Made by a program: the position numbers and the translations under genes. The notes beneath the pieces are model-generated. The model saw nothing but the letters and a program-made list of their open reading frames with translations. It had not been told where the DNA came from and ran no database searches. Shown here piece by piece: positions 26,791 to 39,264 of a stretch of DNA of 64,000 nucleotides (positions are counted from its first letter, which is position 1; every line of letters begins with the position of its first letter). This DNA comes from Macrostomum lignano (taxonomy: Eukaryota): NCBI GenBank assembly GCA_002269645.1, contig NIVC01000077.1:124001-188000 (forward strand), written 5' to 3'.

Positions 26791-28049
26791 TGCGTTGACG
26801 AGGGGGCTACCTTCAGAACGGCGTAGGATCTATTTGAGGAACTTTTTTTCTCTCAAAAGAAAAATCTCGGTAAACATCGTAAAGGAAAAAATATTTTGAA
26901 TTGCCCTAATAAATTTGAAAATTAAATCGATTGTGATGGGGTGGGTCAAAAAATCAAATTAACAATGGATTACTGAGATTGAACTCGGCATTGAATTCAA
27001 TGGATTTCGAGGGCGGAAGGCAGTTTGAAGTTGTTGAGAATCATTGTCAAAATTGCTGGATTGCTTGCTTGGTTCTCACCATAACATGTAGTCGCTGGGG
27101 TCACTTCATTCTCAATTGGCCAATCGAGAATGGCGCCCGTAGTCAATCACAGCCCTCAGTCTCCCGCAGACTCAACTTTGGTCTTTGTTGTTATGCCAGT
27201 AAAGCATGACCTAGGATTGCGCAACTTTTGTAATTGCTGTAATACAGTCAATTTTGAAAGCCACAAGTATATCAGATGAATTGGTGGTCACTGACCTCAA
27301 TCAGTGATACTACAATAAGACAATGGTGGTTGCTAGGTGGACACACGATAGCTCTCCATTGCTGCTCCGGACTGATAACTCCGACACCCCCTGGCAATAG
27401 GCCTTGTATAATTTAATGTGTTTTAAAACTTGACATTGCGCGATTGCTGGGTCATACATTTTACAAGGCTATTGACTTAATCAAAGCTATATAGATATAG
27501 ATGAGGGCTATTTTTGAATCTGAGCACGACAGTGAAGAGGCAGACTGCACCGATGATGGAATGGCAAACAGGGGCACATGTGACATCATGCCTGTCGACA
27601 AAAACAGTTGACAATTGACATGCGATAGCCCGCATTGTACCATTGAATCAAATCTCTACGCTGAGACCCCTTTGTCCCATTTTGCTGGCCACGAATGAAT
27701 ATAACTGCTGGCATCATTCCTCATATCAATATATACTTGTTCGAATTTTTCGTTGCTATGTGAGACATTTTTCTTCGCTTCAAAGCTCTGTCCATCATTA
27801 GTTGATCACGGTAGGAATACTTCTCTAATAATATCTCAACTTCTGTTTTGCGCTTTTCTGCTAGTCCTAAACATTGTCATTTGTATAGCAGTTAATCTTA
27901 ATGAACAATGCGACAAATGGAATAATGGAGTAAGTTTCTGTCTGAATGTCCGTCTGGGTGTCTGTCCTGTGGCTCTTCTTAGTAGTATATCTCCTGCTCT
28001 CTGCCTAATAGTCCATCTCATAGTCTGCCTCCTAGTCTGCCAGACAGTC

Positions 28050-29125
28050 ATAGTCTGCCTCAGTCTGTCTCATAGTCTGTCTCATAGTCTGTCTCATAGT
28101 CTGTCTCATAGTCTGTCCTATAGTCTGCCTCAGTCTGTCTCATAGTCTGTCTCATAGTCTGCCCTATAGTCAGCCTCAGTCTGTCTCATAGTCTGTCTCA
28201 TAGTCTGTCTCATAGTCTGTCTCATAGTCTGCCCTATAGTCTGCCTCAGTCTGTCTCATAGTCTGTCTCATAGTCTGCCCTATAGTCTGCCTCAGTCTGT
28301 CTCATAGTCTGTCTCATAGTCTGCCCTATAGTCTGCCTCAGTCTGTCTCATAGTCTGTCTCATAGTCTGTCTCATAGTCTGTCTCATAGTCTGCCCTATA
28401 GTCTGCCTCAGTCTGTCTCATAGTCTGTCTCATAGTCTGCCCTATAGTCAGCCTCAGTCTGTCTCATAGTCTGTCTCATAGTCTGTCTCATAGTCTGTCT
28501 CATAGTCTGCCCTATAGTCTGCCTCAGTCTGTCTCATAGTCTGTCTCATAGTCTGCCCTATAGTCTGCCTCAGTCTGTCTCATAGTCTGCCTCAGTCTGT
28601 CTCATAGTCTGCCTCAGTCTGTCTCATAGTCTGCCTCAGTCTGTCTCATAGTCTGCCTCAGTCTGTCTCATAGTCTGCCTCAGTCTGTCTCATAGTCTGC
28701 CTCAGTCTGTCTCATAGTCTGCCTCAGTCTGTCTCATAGTCTGCCTCAGTCTGTCTCATAGTCTGCCTCAGTCTGTCTCATAGTCTGCCTCAGTCTGTCT
28801 CATAGTCTGCCTCAGTCTGTCTCATAGTCTGCCTCAGTCTGTCTCATAGTCTGCCTCAGTCTGTCTCATAGTCTGCCTCAGTCTGTCTCATAGTCTGCCT
28901 CAGTCTGTCTCATAGTCTGCCTCAGTCTGTCTCATAGTCTGCCTCAGTCTGTCTCATAGTCTGCCTCAGTCTGTCTCATAGTCTGCCTCAGTCTGTCTCA
29001 TAGTCTGCCTCAGTCTGTCTCATAGTCTGCCTCAGTCTGTCTCATAGTCTGCCTCAGTCTGTCTCATAGTCTGCCTCAGTCTGTCTCATAGTCTGCCTCA
29101 GTCTGTCTCATAGTCTGCCTCAGTC
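28050..29125. repeat. Composite minisatellite of 12-bp AGTCTGTCTCAT and 10-bp AGTCTGCCTC units
   Basis: Direct reading. Confidence 0.95.
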
Positions 29126-30654
29126 TTGTCCAATTCTCTTTTTGCCTGTTTCACTGAAAAAAACGATGGATCTTTTTCATTCCATCTGTATCGCATTGAC
29201 AGACTCTTGCATTTTTGTTTCTGATTTCGGCAATGCATCTATTTGCTTGCCTCTATTACATCCTGTCTATTCAGAAACTGTAAAAAAGAAAATTACGACC
29301 AAACCAGCAAAGCAAAAAAAACAAAAAAACCCTGCCATAGAAGAGGAAATTATGTTTGATATTTTGGTCCCAAGGTTCGCCAGAAGAACAGGTGCTGGTA
29401 CTTGAGGACATTGGAATGATGGAATTGCAATTTCGGCAATCCGTGTTATTACAGTTAGGGGTGAGCTATTAACCTGTGAGATGCGGAACACTTTCAAGAA
29501 AATTGTGGGAATCAAAATCTCGGCCTGAGTTCATTTCGATGAATGACACTTATCAGTCCTCTTAGCCTTGGTCTCCGAGAATTTCTTTATTGCAACCCCC
29601 GCCGCGGCCTTTGTAGAGACCTGGTCGCCGCCAACAAAGAAGTTTTATTAGTTTTGTTGGTGTTGTTAAACAAATTGGTTTGCTCCCTGCTCCCTGCAGA
29701 ACTGACTGGGGATCTGTTGGGGCCGGAGAGTTTACACTTCTGTTTTCCTGCCAAAATAATGTGACAACCAAGTGCGTCTTTTTGTCCGTGTTGCATGCTA
29801 GCTGTGCGCAAATTTTACATTTCATCATTTGAAAACGGTTCTGTTCACCTCTCAAGCATCCCCTTTCATAACAGCAAAGCTTCATTATAAGTCCTAAATT
29901 CCATAGAGTGGGTGGATTTCATAGTGGATGATGGTATGCCGCTTTTTCACAATTTCCGTTCTCTGCCTTTCTGTAGCCAGCCGCAATGCCAGGGTCGAAC
30001 TGATAAACTTTGAATCCTTGGCTTGGCGCCTTCCTAATTCAAATAATTTCTTTCCAGTGCAGCTTTAATCACTGACTGATGATGCCATTTTGCTAAGGCG
30101 GATTTAATTGGGGAGGCATATGGGCATTTCATTCGCCCCCCTCTCTCCAGTTTTAAAGTTGTTTGCTATGCAATTAAACCTGCCATATCGAGCCTTTTAA
30201 CTGGGCATATATTAGACTAGAAAATCGCTTTTTATAAAGAATATTATAAAAAGCAAAGTTACTAAGCCTGTTAAATTAAGTCCTAGGACTGATACGAGAC
30301 GGAGATAGAGAGCAATCTGTTGGCCCTATGGTTCTGTTTGCATTGGACAATTCGATTTATAAAGATAAAAAATCTGCCCTTTTCCAGCTCGTCGTCAGCG
30401 CCTCTCCACTCGCCCGGGAGCCCGGCTCAGCGATAAGCGTCAATGAATTTTTCAAAATCAAAACGGCGCGATAAATCCAGCCGACCATTTTCGGCGGGCC
30501 TATTTGATCGCAGTAAAACAAATTAACGAAATAAATCATTTCATTAATCCGCCTATTTAACTGAAGATTAAGGCTGAATTATAAGGAGTTAGTAGTTGAA
30601 GCTTTAAGTTGCGTTTGCTTAACTAAAATCTCGCTAATGATAACTTCAAATTGA

Positions 30655-32390
30655 CCTCTCTTCTCCTTCCCCAGACCTCTCTTCTCCTTCCCCAGACCTC
30701 TCTTCTCCTTCCCCAGACCTCTCTTCTCCTTCCCCAGACCTCTCTTCTCCTTCCCCAGACCTCTCTTCTCCTTCCCCAGACCTCTCTTCTCCTTCCCCAG
30801 ACCTCTCTTCTCCTTCCCCAGACCTCTCTTCTCCTTCCCCAGACCTCTCTTCTCCTTCCCAGACCTCTCTTCTCCTTCCCCAGACCTCTCTTCTCCTTCC
30901 CCAGACCTCTCTTCTCCTTCCCCAGACCTCTCTTCTCCTTCCCCAGACCTCTCTTCTCCTTCCCCAGACCTCTCTTCTCCTTCCCCAGACCTCTCTTCTC
31001 CTTCCCCAGACCTCTCTTCTCCTTCCCCAGACCTCTCTTCTCCTTCCCCAGACCTCTCTTCTCCTTCCCCAGACCTCTCTTCTCCTTTAGACCTCTCTTC
31101 TCCTTCAGACCTCTCTTCTCCTTCAGACCTCTCTTCTCCTTCCCTAGACCTCTCTTCTTCTTCAGACCTCACTTCTCCTTCCCTAGACCTCTCTTCTCCT
31201 TCAGACCTCTCTTCTCCTTCCCCAGACCTCTCTTCTCCTTCCCCAGACCTCTCTTCTCCTTCCCCAGACCTCTCTTCTCCTTGAGACCTCTCTTCTCCTT
31301 CCCCAGACCTCACTTCTCCTTCCCTAGACCTCTCTTCTCCTTCAGACCTCTCTTCTCCTTCCCCAGACCTCTCTTCTCGTTCAGACCTCTCTCTTCAACT
31401 TCCCCAGACCTCTCTTCTCGTTCAGACCTCTCTCTTCAACTTCCCCAGACCTCTCTTCTCGTTCAGACCTCTCTCTTCAACTTCCCCAGACCTCTCTTCT
31501 CGTTCCCCAGACCTGTCTTCTCCTTCCCCAGACCTCTCTTCTCCTTCCCCAGACCTCTCTTCTCCTTCCCCAGACCTCTCTTCTCCTTCCCCAGACCTCT
31601 CTTCTCCTTCCCCAGACCTCTCTTCTCCTTCCCCAGACCTCTCTTCTCCTTCAGACCTCTCTTCTCCTTCCCCAGACCTCACTTCTCCTTCCCTAGACCT
31701 CTCTTCTCCTTCAGACCTCTCTTCTCCTTCCCCAGACCTCTCTTCTCCTTCCCCAGACCTCACTTCTCCTTCCCTAGACCTCTCTTCTCCTTCAGACCTC
31801 TCTTCTCCTTCCCCAGACCTCTCTTCTCCTTCCCCAGACCTCACTTCTCCTTCCCTAGACCTCTCTTCTCCTTCAGACCTCTCTTCTCCTTCCCCAGACC
31901 TCTCTTCTCCTTCAGACCTCTCTTCTCCTTCCCCAGACCTCTCTTCTCCTTCAGACCTCTCTTCTCCTTCCCCAGACCTCTCTTCTTCTTCAGACCTCAC
32001 TTCTCCTTCCCTAGACCTCTCTTCTCCTTCCCCAGACCTCTCTTCTCCTTCCCCAGACCTCTCTTCGCCTTCCCCAGACCTCTCTTCTCCTTCAGACCTC
32101 TCTTCTCCTTCCCCAGACCTCTCTTCTTCTTCAGACCTCACTTCTCCTTCCCTAGACCTCTATTCTCCTTCAGACCTCTCTTCTCCTTCCCCAGACCTCT
32201 CTTCTCCTTCCCCAGACCTCTCTTCTCCTTCCCCAGACCTCTCTTCTCCTTCCCCAGACCTCTCTTCTCCTTCCCCAGACCTCTCTTCTCCTTCCCCAGA
32301 CCTCTCTTCTCCTTCCCCAGACCTCTCTTCTCGTTCAGACCTCTCTTCTCCTTCCCCAGACCTCTCTTCTCCTTCAGACCTCTCTTCTTG
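30655..32390. repeat. 1.7-kb pyrimidine-rich ~21-bp minisatellite (AGACCTCTCTTCTCCTTCCCC)
   Basis: Direct reading. It is the source of the spurious 614-aa ORF. Confidence 0.97.
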
Positions 32391-33394
32391 TCCCTCAGAC
32401 TTTTTGTCTTTGACAGCATCCAGTCTCACTCGGGCAAAGCCTATGTTCTTCATCATAAGGGAGTAATGTTAACCGCTCAACCCTCCTATAGGTGAAAGTG
32501 AGCCCGTGGCGGCGTTTGCCAATAATCACAAGGCTTTAATTCAGGGTTAACTGCTTCTTACTCCATAGCTTCTAAATTATTGATGTTTCATTTCGCACCG
32601 ACAAAGGCAATTCTGTGGTATTGCTTTTTACCGAAGGCAAGCAAGTGTTGTGGAAGCCCCATCAAGTAAAACAACACAATTTAATGTCAGAAAGTCGAGT
32701 GTTGCCTAGGTATGCAATAAGCAATAATGAAAGCAAACTCCGATTATAGTGAAGCAATCAGAATTTTGGGATAATTTAGTTCCATAGCCGGACAAGCTGA
32801 ATATCAATTTTCACTCGCCCGCCGCCAAAATACGCAAAAAAACTAACTCGATAAACCCACAGGCCCCTGAAACTCCAGCCGTGTGGGTGTATTTGCATCG
32901 GTGCCACTTGAAAACTGCCATCTAAGCTCAATAATTATTTCTTCAGCACCTGGCTTTGCTTTTGTTGTCAGGTGCCGAAATTGAAAGTTATTGATTTATT
33001 CTCGAGGAGAAACTCTCAATTGTGCCGAAGCTCCTTGTAAACTAATCTGGCCAACCTGAAGTGTCGCATTGCTTTGTTGTTTTTAGTGCCCGGGATAATT
33101 TTCCTGATGAGGATCTCCTGATCGGCTGCGAAAGCTTCATTTCGGGAAGCCGAGTCTCTGTTTTTTAAGTGAATTTTTTCTTCTCAGTTTTCATCGCCTC
33201 ATGAATATTTCAGTGCAAACGTTTTAAGCAAAGCCAGGACACACGTGAGAGATTGAGGGTCACTGTTGATAGTAAGCATTGAAAACTTGAACTTGTCAGT
33301 TCATAGCAAAACTTTTTAGATCTTTCTCGATAAAATTGTATCAATATTGCAGGGTAAAGGTGGCTATTTTGAAGACTGACTTATCCGGAGTGAC

Positions 33395-33975
33395 TGTACT
33401 ATGCAGAGTGACTACTATATAGAGTGACTGTACCATATAGAGTGACTGTAATATGCAGAATGACTGTACTATCCAGAGTGACTGTACTATATAGAGTGAC
33501 TGTACCATATAGAGTCACTGTACTATATAGAGTGACTGTACTATGCAGAGTGACTGTACTATCCAGATTGACTGTACTATGCAGAGTGACTGTACTATGC
33601 AGAGTGACTGTACTATGCAGAGTGACTGTACTATGAAGAGTGACTGTACTATGCAGAGTGACTGTACTATCCAGATTGACTGTACTATGCAGAGTGACTG
33701 TACTATGCAGAGTGACTGTACTATCCAGATTGACTGTACTATGCAGAGTGACTGTACTATCCAGATTGACTGTACTATGCAGAGTGACGGTAATATGCAG
33801 AGTGACTGTACTATGCAGATTGACTGTACTATATAGAGTGACTGTACTATATAGTGACTGTACCATAGAGTGGCTGTACTATGCAGAGTGACTGTACTAT
33901 CCTGAGTGATTGTACTATGCAGAGTGACTGTACTATCCTGAGTGATTGTACTATGCAGAGTGACTGTACTATGCA
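33395..33975. repeat. 18-bp minisatellite (AGAGTGACTGTACTATGC)
   Basis: Direct reading. Confidence 0.95.
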
Positions 33976-35849
33976 GGGACTATTTCAAAGGCTATTTAGT
34001 CCATTTAAGCGATCAAACTTGTGTAACTGGTTGGCACCGCCTAGATTTCTAAATAAGTAATTATTAATGCTCGACTGACTTTAGGAATTCAGATCAACTT
34101 AATCTACCATTGACGAAATTTAAATTTCTCTGTTGCCAATGAAGGCGATATTCTTGCAGATCTCTATGGACTATGGCAATCGAATCAATATAATAATCAG
34201 ACCGTCTAATTTCCAGCTCATTCTACAATGTAAGCTTGGGGAACAGCACAAAATTCGGGCATTGATTAGTTAGAAATTAATGAAATATCCCATCGGCAGC
34301 GGCTCACGCAAGGAAGGCGCCACAGAAAAATGGCCGCAATGCCATGCAGATAAGTTAATTTCGAATCCCGTCGCTCTCCGAAACGCGTTAATTGCAATCA
34401 GCGCCGAGACCTCCTTCATATAACCCCACCCCCAACACTGCCCGCAAATCAATGCTTCGGCTGAACTTCCTTCTAGCAGCCTAGTTTTCAATTGCCAACC
34501 CCTTGGGCCATCTCCGACACCCCACAAATCCCTTAATCACTTAATCCTTCATCGATTTAGTCGAGATTTCCAGGGGGATGGGGGTGGAAGGGGTTGGCCC
34601 GGGTTCGAGAGTCAAGACATGGAATTCTAGAACTAGGACCTGGAATAGCAACTCTGCACCCAACCGCCTATTGAGGCTGGCGGACTGAGTGTGTTCAGTA
34701 TACACGCTGCAGGTAAGGCGAGTTTCTGTGTCACTTTCGATTCAATCACTTCACTTGAAGATCATGGATTCCTGCGGGATTAACATAGAAAGGTGTGACG
34801 CAAAAACGTGTTTTATTTGTTGGATGGATCTTAGCCGCAACGGATTCATTTCGAGGCAACTAAGTAGGCTTGTAGTCTAGGCCTGTAATTTGGTCGGAAA
34901 ATTAAATACCATTGCGAAGTTACGAAATGATAATATTTTTTGCAATACTTCGATTACAAAAATAGCTCTCTGGAATCCATCAAGGCTCTCAAGTGAGATA
35001 TGGAGAATTTGTACAGCTTTAAAGTGTGGTTAAGCGAACTAACTGACTAGCAAAAACTAATAGCTTTGGTTAAGCCAAATCGCAGTTGTGACAATTTTCG
35101 CACAAAGTTTTAGACTCAGAAACTCTGCTGCGTTTCAATTGAAGAGACTTTGCCAGCTGCACTCAGTTGGTAGGCCAGGTCCCAGTTCCAGAACTCCTTG
35201 GTCAGGGAAGGCTTAGGCTATACAGCAAGAAATTGAAGGGAAGTGGGGAAAATTAGCCCCGAATCGAGGCGGCTCGGTCAAAATCCCCGAGCAGATATGG
35301 CCGTATTATTGTCCACTCGTCGGAGTTTAATTCCCGAAACGGGATGCCCCGGGAGCTGAGGGGGGAGAGAAAGTTTTTGATGAGTTGAGGCAGGCTTCAA
35401 GCCTCGAAATTTGCTGCTGGAGCGCCCTTGGGCTGCACTGCCTTTAATTACTCCAGTTTTGGCCATATTTCATTCCAGGCAGAACTCGCCTTCGCGACTG
35501 AATGGCCGCATGATTGGAATGATTAAAATATGTCAAAATTGATTTCATGTTGACACTCTGCTTGAACCCTGCAGGCAAACAAGGCCTTAACTATCAGAAT
35601 TAGTTCCCAGTAAACTCTGCACGAAAATCAATCTTACCTTGAGGAGCGCGAATAATTCCGAGCATCTTTCAGAAAACCTCCATCACAAGAAATTCCCTGG
35701 AGAGTTTCCTAATTACGAGCTATCAACGCCTCCGAGATTCTTTAAGAGAGAACCACAATCCAGAGTCCCAGAGGATCACCCCCGAGAATCGATCCCGAGA
35801 ATCGTCCTCCAGAATCTTACCTGACAATCTCCTCGAGATCCTCTAATCT

Positions 35850-36445
35850 CCTCCTCTAAAATCTTTCATGAGAATCACGCTCGAGAATTCTCGAGAATCT
35901 TATCTGAAAATCTTGAAAATCTCTGAGAATCTCGGCGAGACTCTCCTCGACGATCTTCCCCAAGAATGCCACCTAAGAATCTTCCCCAAAAATATCCACC
36001 AAGAATCTTTCCTAAGAATCTTCCGAGAATCTCCTTGAGAATCTTTCCGAGAATCTTCCTTGAGAATCCTTGAGAATCTCCCTAAAAAAGATCCACAGAG
36101 AATCTCCGTCAAGAATCTCAAAAATCGTTTTGGAAACGTTACTTCCTTGCAAATATCCTCGAGAATCCCAGAACTCAGAACCCAGAATCTCTCTCTCTTG
36201 AGAGAGAATCCCAGGACTCAAAACCCAGAATCTTCATCGAGAATCCCAGGACTCAGAACCCTGAATCTTCATCGAGAATCCCAGGACTCAGAACCCAGAA
36301 TCTTCATCGAGAATCCCAGGACTCAGAACCCAGAATCTCTCTCTCTCTGTCTCGAATCCCAGGACTCAGAACCCAGAATCTTAATCGAGAATCCTGGACT
36401 CAGAACCCAGAATCTCCCTCGAGAATCTGCTCGAGAATCGCCCTG
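35850..36445. repeat. Degenerate GAGAATC-rich tandem repeat
   Basis: Direct reading. Confidence 0.75.
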
Positions 36446-38464
36446 AGAATATTACCTCCTACGGTAATTCCCTCCATTAATTCCTCTACAGGGGAATCTC
36501 TAAGTGGTAATTATCATGAGAGAAGAGTCAAATAGAAACGAGAACTCAGAAATAGATGAGATACCAATTAAACTTTCTGGTGCTAGGTAATTAGTTTCCA
36601 TCAGGTGGCATATGGCAGTCTCAACTGTCCAATTTAATCAAATAGTAGCACCCTTCAAAACACTCGAGCCGTGACTGACTGAATGCCGCCCCAGAGACTG
36701 CCACCACAATAACACGCTGGTCTTGAACTGCCCAGCAGTCAGATGAGACAGACAGACGAATAATAAGGGGCAGAAGAGAGCGCTGCTCGGCGCGCTGAAA
36801 CTATTGGAATTTCTCCAAGTGCAGCTGAGTGCCCCCCCCCCAGACTGCCGGCCACACCACCTTTGACTTTGTTGCACGGGCGGGGAATGATTCACGTTAA
36901 CCACTTACTGCACCTCGGCTGCGGCAGTAAAAGTCGTGACTGAGTGTCCCAACACCTGCCGGCAGAAAATATTATTTTCATTAAAGCTGAGAGCTCCCAG
37001 GTGAACAGAAAAATTAAGTCAATTAATTAAGCGAAGCAGATAGTGAAGCAGGGGCGCGATGAAAGTAGCGAAATTAATTCTAGCCCTTTAGAAGACAATC
37101 AATTATAAGCAGAGATTTGCAAATTGCAGGCTAGGGGGATAAAGCGGCCACGCAGATGAGATTTACCTGCCTTTCTATTTCCTAATCAGCTCTCGGGGAG
37201 CAAAAAGAGAAAGGCTAAATTATTGCTAAATTGTCCAATGCTTTGAGCTAATTAGAGCAAATTTTAGTCCTAATTTGCTAATTTATTCAATTAAACGAGG
37301 CCCATCATTGAGTTCTTTTGGTCCAGTGATGGTTAAGTCTTTCAACTCCTATTCTATTGGCAAAACTGGGACAGTGGCGACACAGAAAGTGATCGAAAAC
37401 GGCACTGATTTCGTGGAAAACATAAATTTGGCATGTTTGTGGCATGGCAATCCCTCAGAACTCACACTGGAACCCATCAAATGACACTAGTACTCGTAGA
37501 ATCCCATAGAAATAGCATGGCAATCCCTCAGAACTCACACTGGAACCCATCAAATGACACTAGTGGAATTCCATAGAAATGGCATGGCAATTCCTCAGAA
37601 CTCACACTGGAACCCATCAAATGACACTAGAATGGCACTGGAATCCCATAGAAATGGCACTGGAATCCCATAGAAATGGCACTAGATACTATAATAAATG
37701 CATTAGAGTCTCAGAGAAATGGCACTCGCAATTATCATCATATATCAACAGGCAACATTAATGTCAATGATAATGTATAGTATATTTAGCAAATTCTGTT
37801 CACAGAAGAAGCAAACCTCATATGAAGAAGAAACTAGCAACAGAGGAAGTGGGCAGGTGATGGGGCAGTCACTTGTTTGCAAGCAGGATTCGATGCTGAG
37901 TTCAACTCCATCCTTGAAACTTTCCATTTCAGCGATCGCAAGCTAGATAGAGTAAAATGGAAAACAAGGCAAAAATGTCAGATCGAATTAACAAAAACTC
38001 GGAAACACACAAAATAATAGAAGGGATTAGGACATTCGTTAAGACAGACAGACGACACGCAAGATTATGAGTTAAGCTCTTTCATTAGGTTTGGATCTCT
38101 GAAGACTAGGCTGTCATTAAAACAGTTTGCAAAAAATTAACAAATGAGATTAAGCTATTGAAATCGATGTATCATGGAGTAGGTTTTAAAAAGACCAATT
38201 TTTACATTCCAATAAGCTCGTGATTATCGTACAGGACATTTTCACGAGACGAAAATTGGGGAGCACAGGCAGAGCGGGGCTAAGAATCGATCCAATTAAT
38301 TTCCCACATCGCACAATCAAAGTTGTGGGAAGGCCATTTAGCAACAACACAAAAACAAAAATCACGCGCGTCGTAATTCAAGCAAGCAATCAAAACAGGC
38401 GACAGAACCGATTAGAAAAAAACGAAACATGAATAAGCGCTGAATAAGCGTCTTTTCAACGTGA

Positions 38465-39175
38465 TTCAGATTAAGGCTGAGAGTGAGGCGGATTCTTCTG
38501 GATTCAAGCTGCGAATGGGGAGGATTTTATAGGGTTTAGTCTGTGAGTGAGGCGTATTCTTCTGGATTCAAGCTGCGAATGGGCGGATTTGATAGGGTTT
38601 AGTCTGTGAGTGAGGCGTATTCTTCTGGATTCAAGCTGCGAATGGGGTGGATTTGATAGAGTTTAGTCTGTGAGTGAGGCGATTCTTCTGGATTCAAGCT
38701 GCGAATGGGGCGGATTTGATAGGGTTTAGTCTGTGAGTGAGGCGATTCTTCTGGATTCAAGCTGCGAATGGGGCGGATTTGATAGGGTTTAGTCTGTGAG
38801 TGAGGCGATTCTTCTGGATTCAAGCTGCGAATGGGGTGGATTTGATAGGGTTTAGTCTGTGAGTGAGGCGGATTCTTCTGGATTCAAGCTGCGAATGGGG
38901 CGGATTTGATAGGGTTTAGTCTGTGAGTGAGGCGATTCTTCTGGATTCAAGCTGCGAATGGGGTGGATTTGATAGGGTTTAGTCTGTGAGTGAGGCGGAT
39001 TCTTCTGGATTCAAGCTGCGAATGGGGCGGATTTGATAGGGTTTAGTCTGTGAGGGAGCAAATTCCGTGGGGTTTAGGCTGTGAGGGAGCGGATTCGGTG
39101 GGGTTTAGTCTGTGAGGGAGCGGATTCGGTGGGGTTTGGTCTGAGAGGGAGAGGATTCGGTGGGGTCTAGTCTGT
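38465..39175. repeat. 63-bp tandem repeat just downstream of the homeobrain stop
   Basis: GCGAATGGGG recurs at 38701 and 38764. Confidence 0.95.
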
Positions 39176-39264
39176 GAACAGGATGGAGTCTGCATACCGT
39201 AGCAGTCAGCAGGTGAGAATCACAAAAAAATTTGTCATGCAGTGAGTTTGTTTCGCACAAGCCG

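Noticed and set aside
27000-30060. Possible decayed coding fragments at 27.0-27.7 kb and 29.1-30.1 kb
   Set aside because: The frames are short and stop-ridden with no recognisable domain. The possible AGGCGGATT TIR pair at 30096/30554 lacks a TSD.
30579-32495. 614-aa, 244-aa and 239-aa ORFs
   Set aside because: They are translations of the 21-bp minisatellite (period divisible by 3, no stops) with no unique coding content.
38465-39175. Regular 63-bp array (also the 83-bp array at 1005-1435) considered as CRISPR-like
   Set aside because: The units are head-to-tail copies without unique spacers, the context is eukaryotic, and there are no cas genes.
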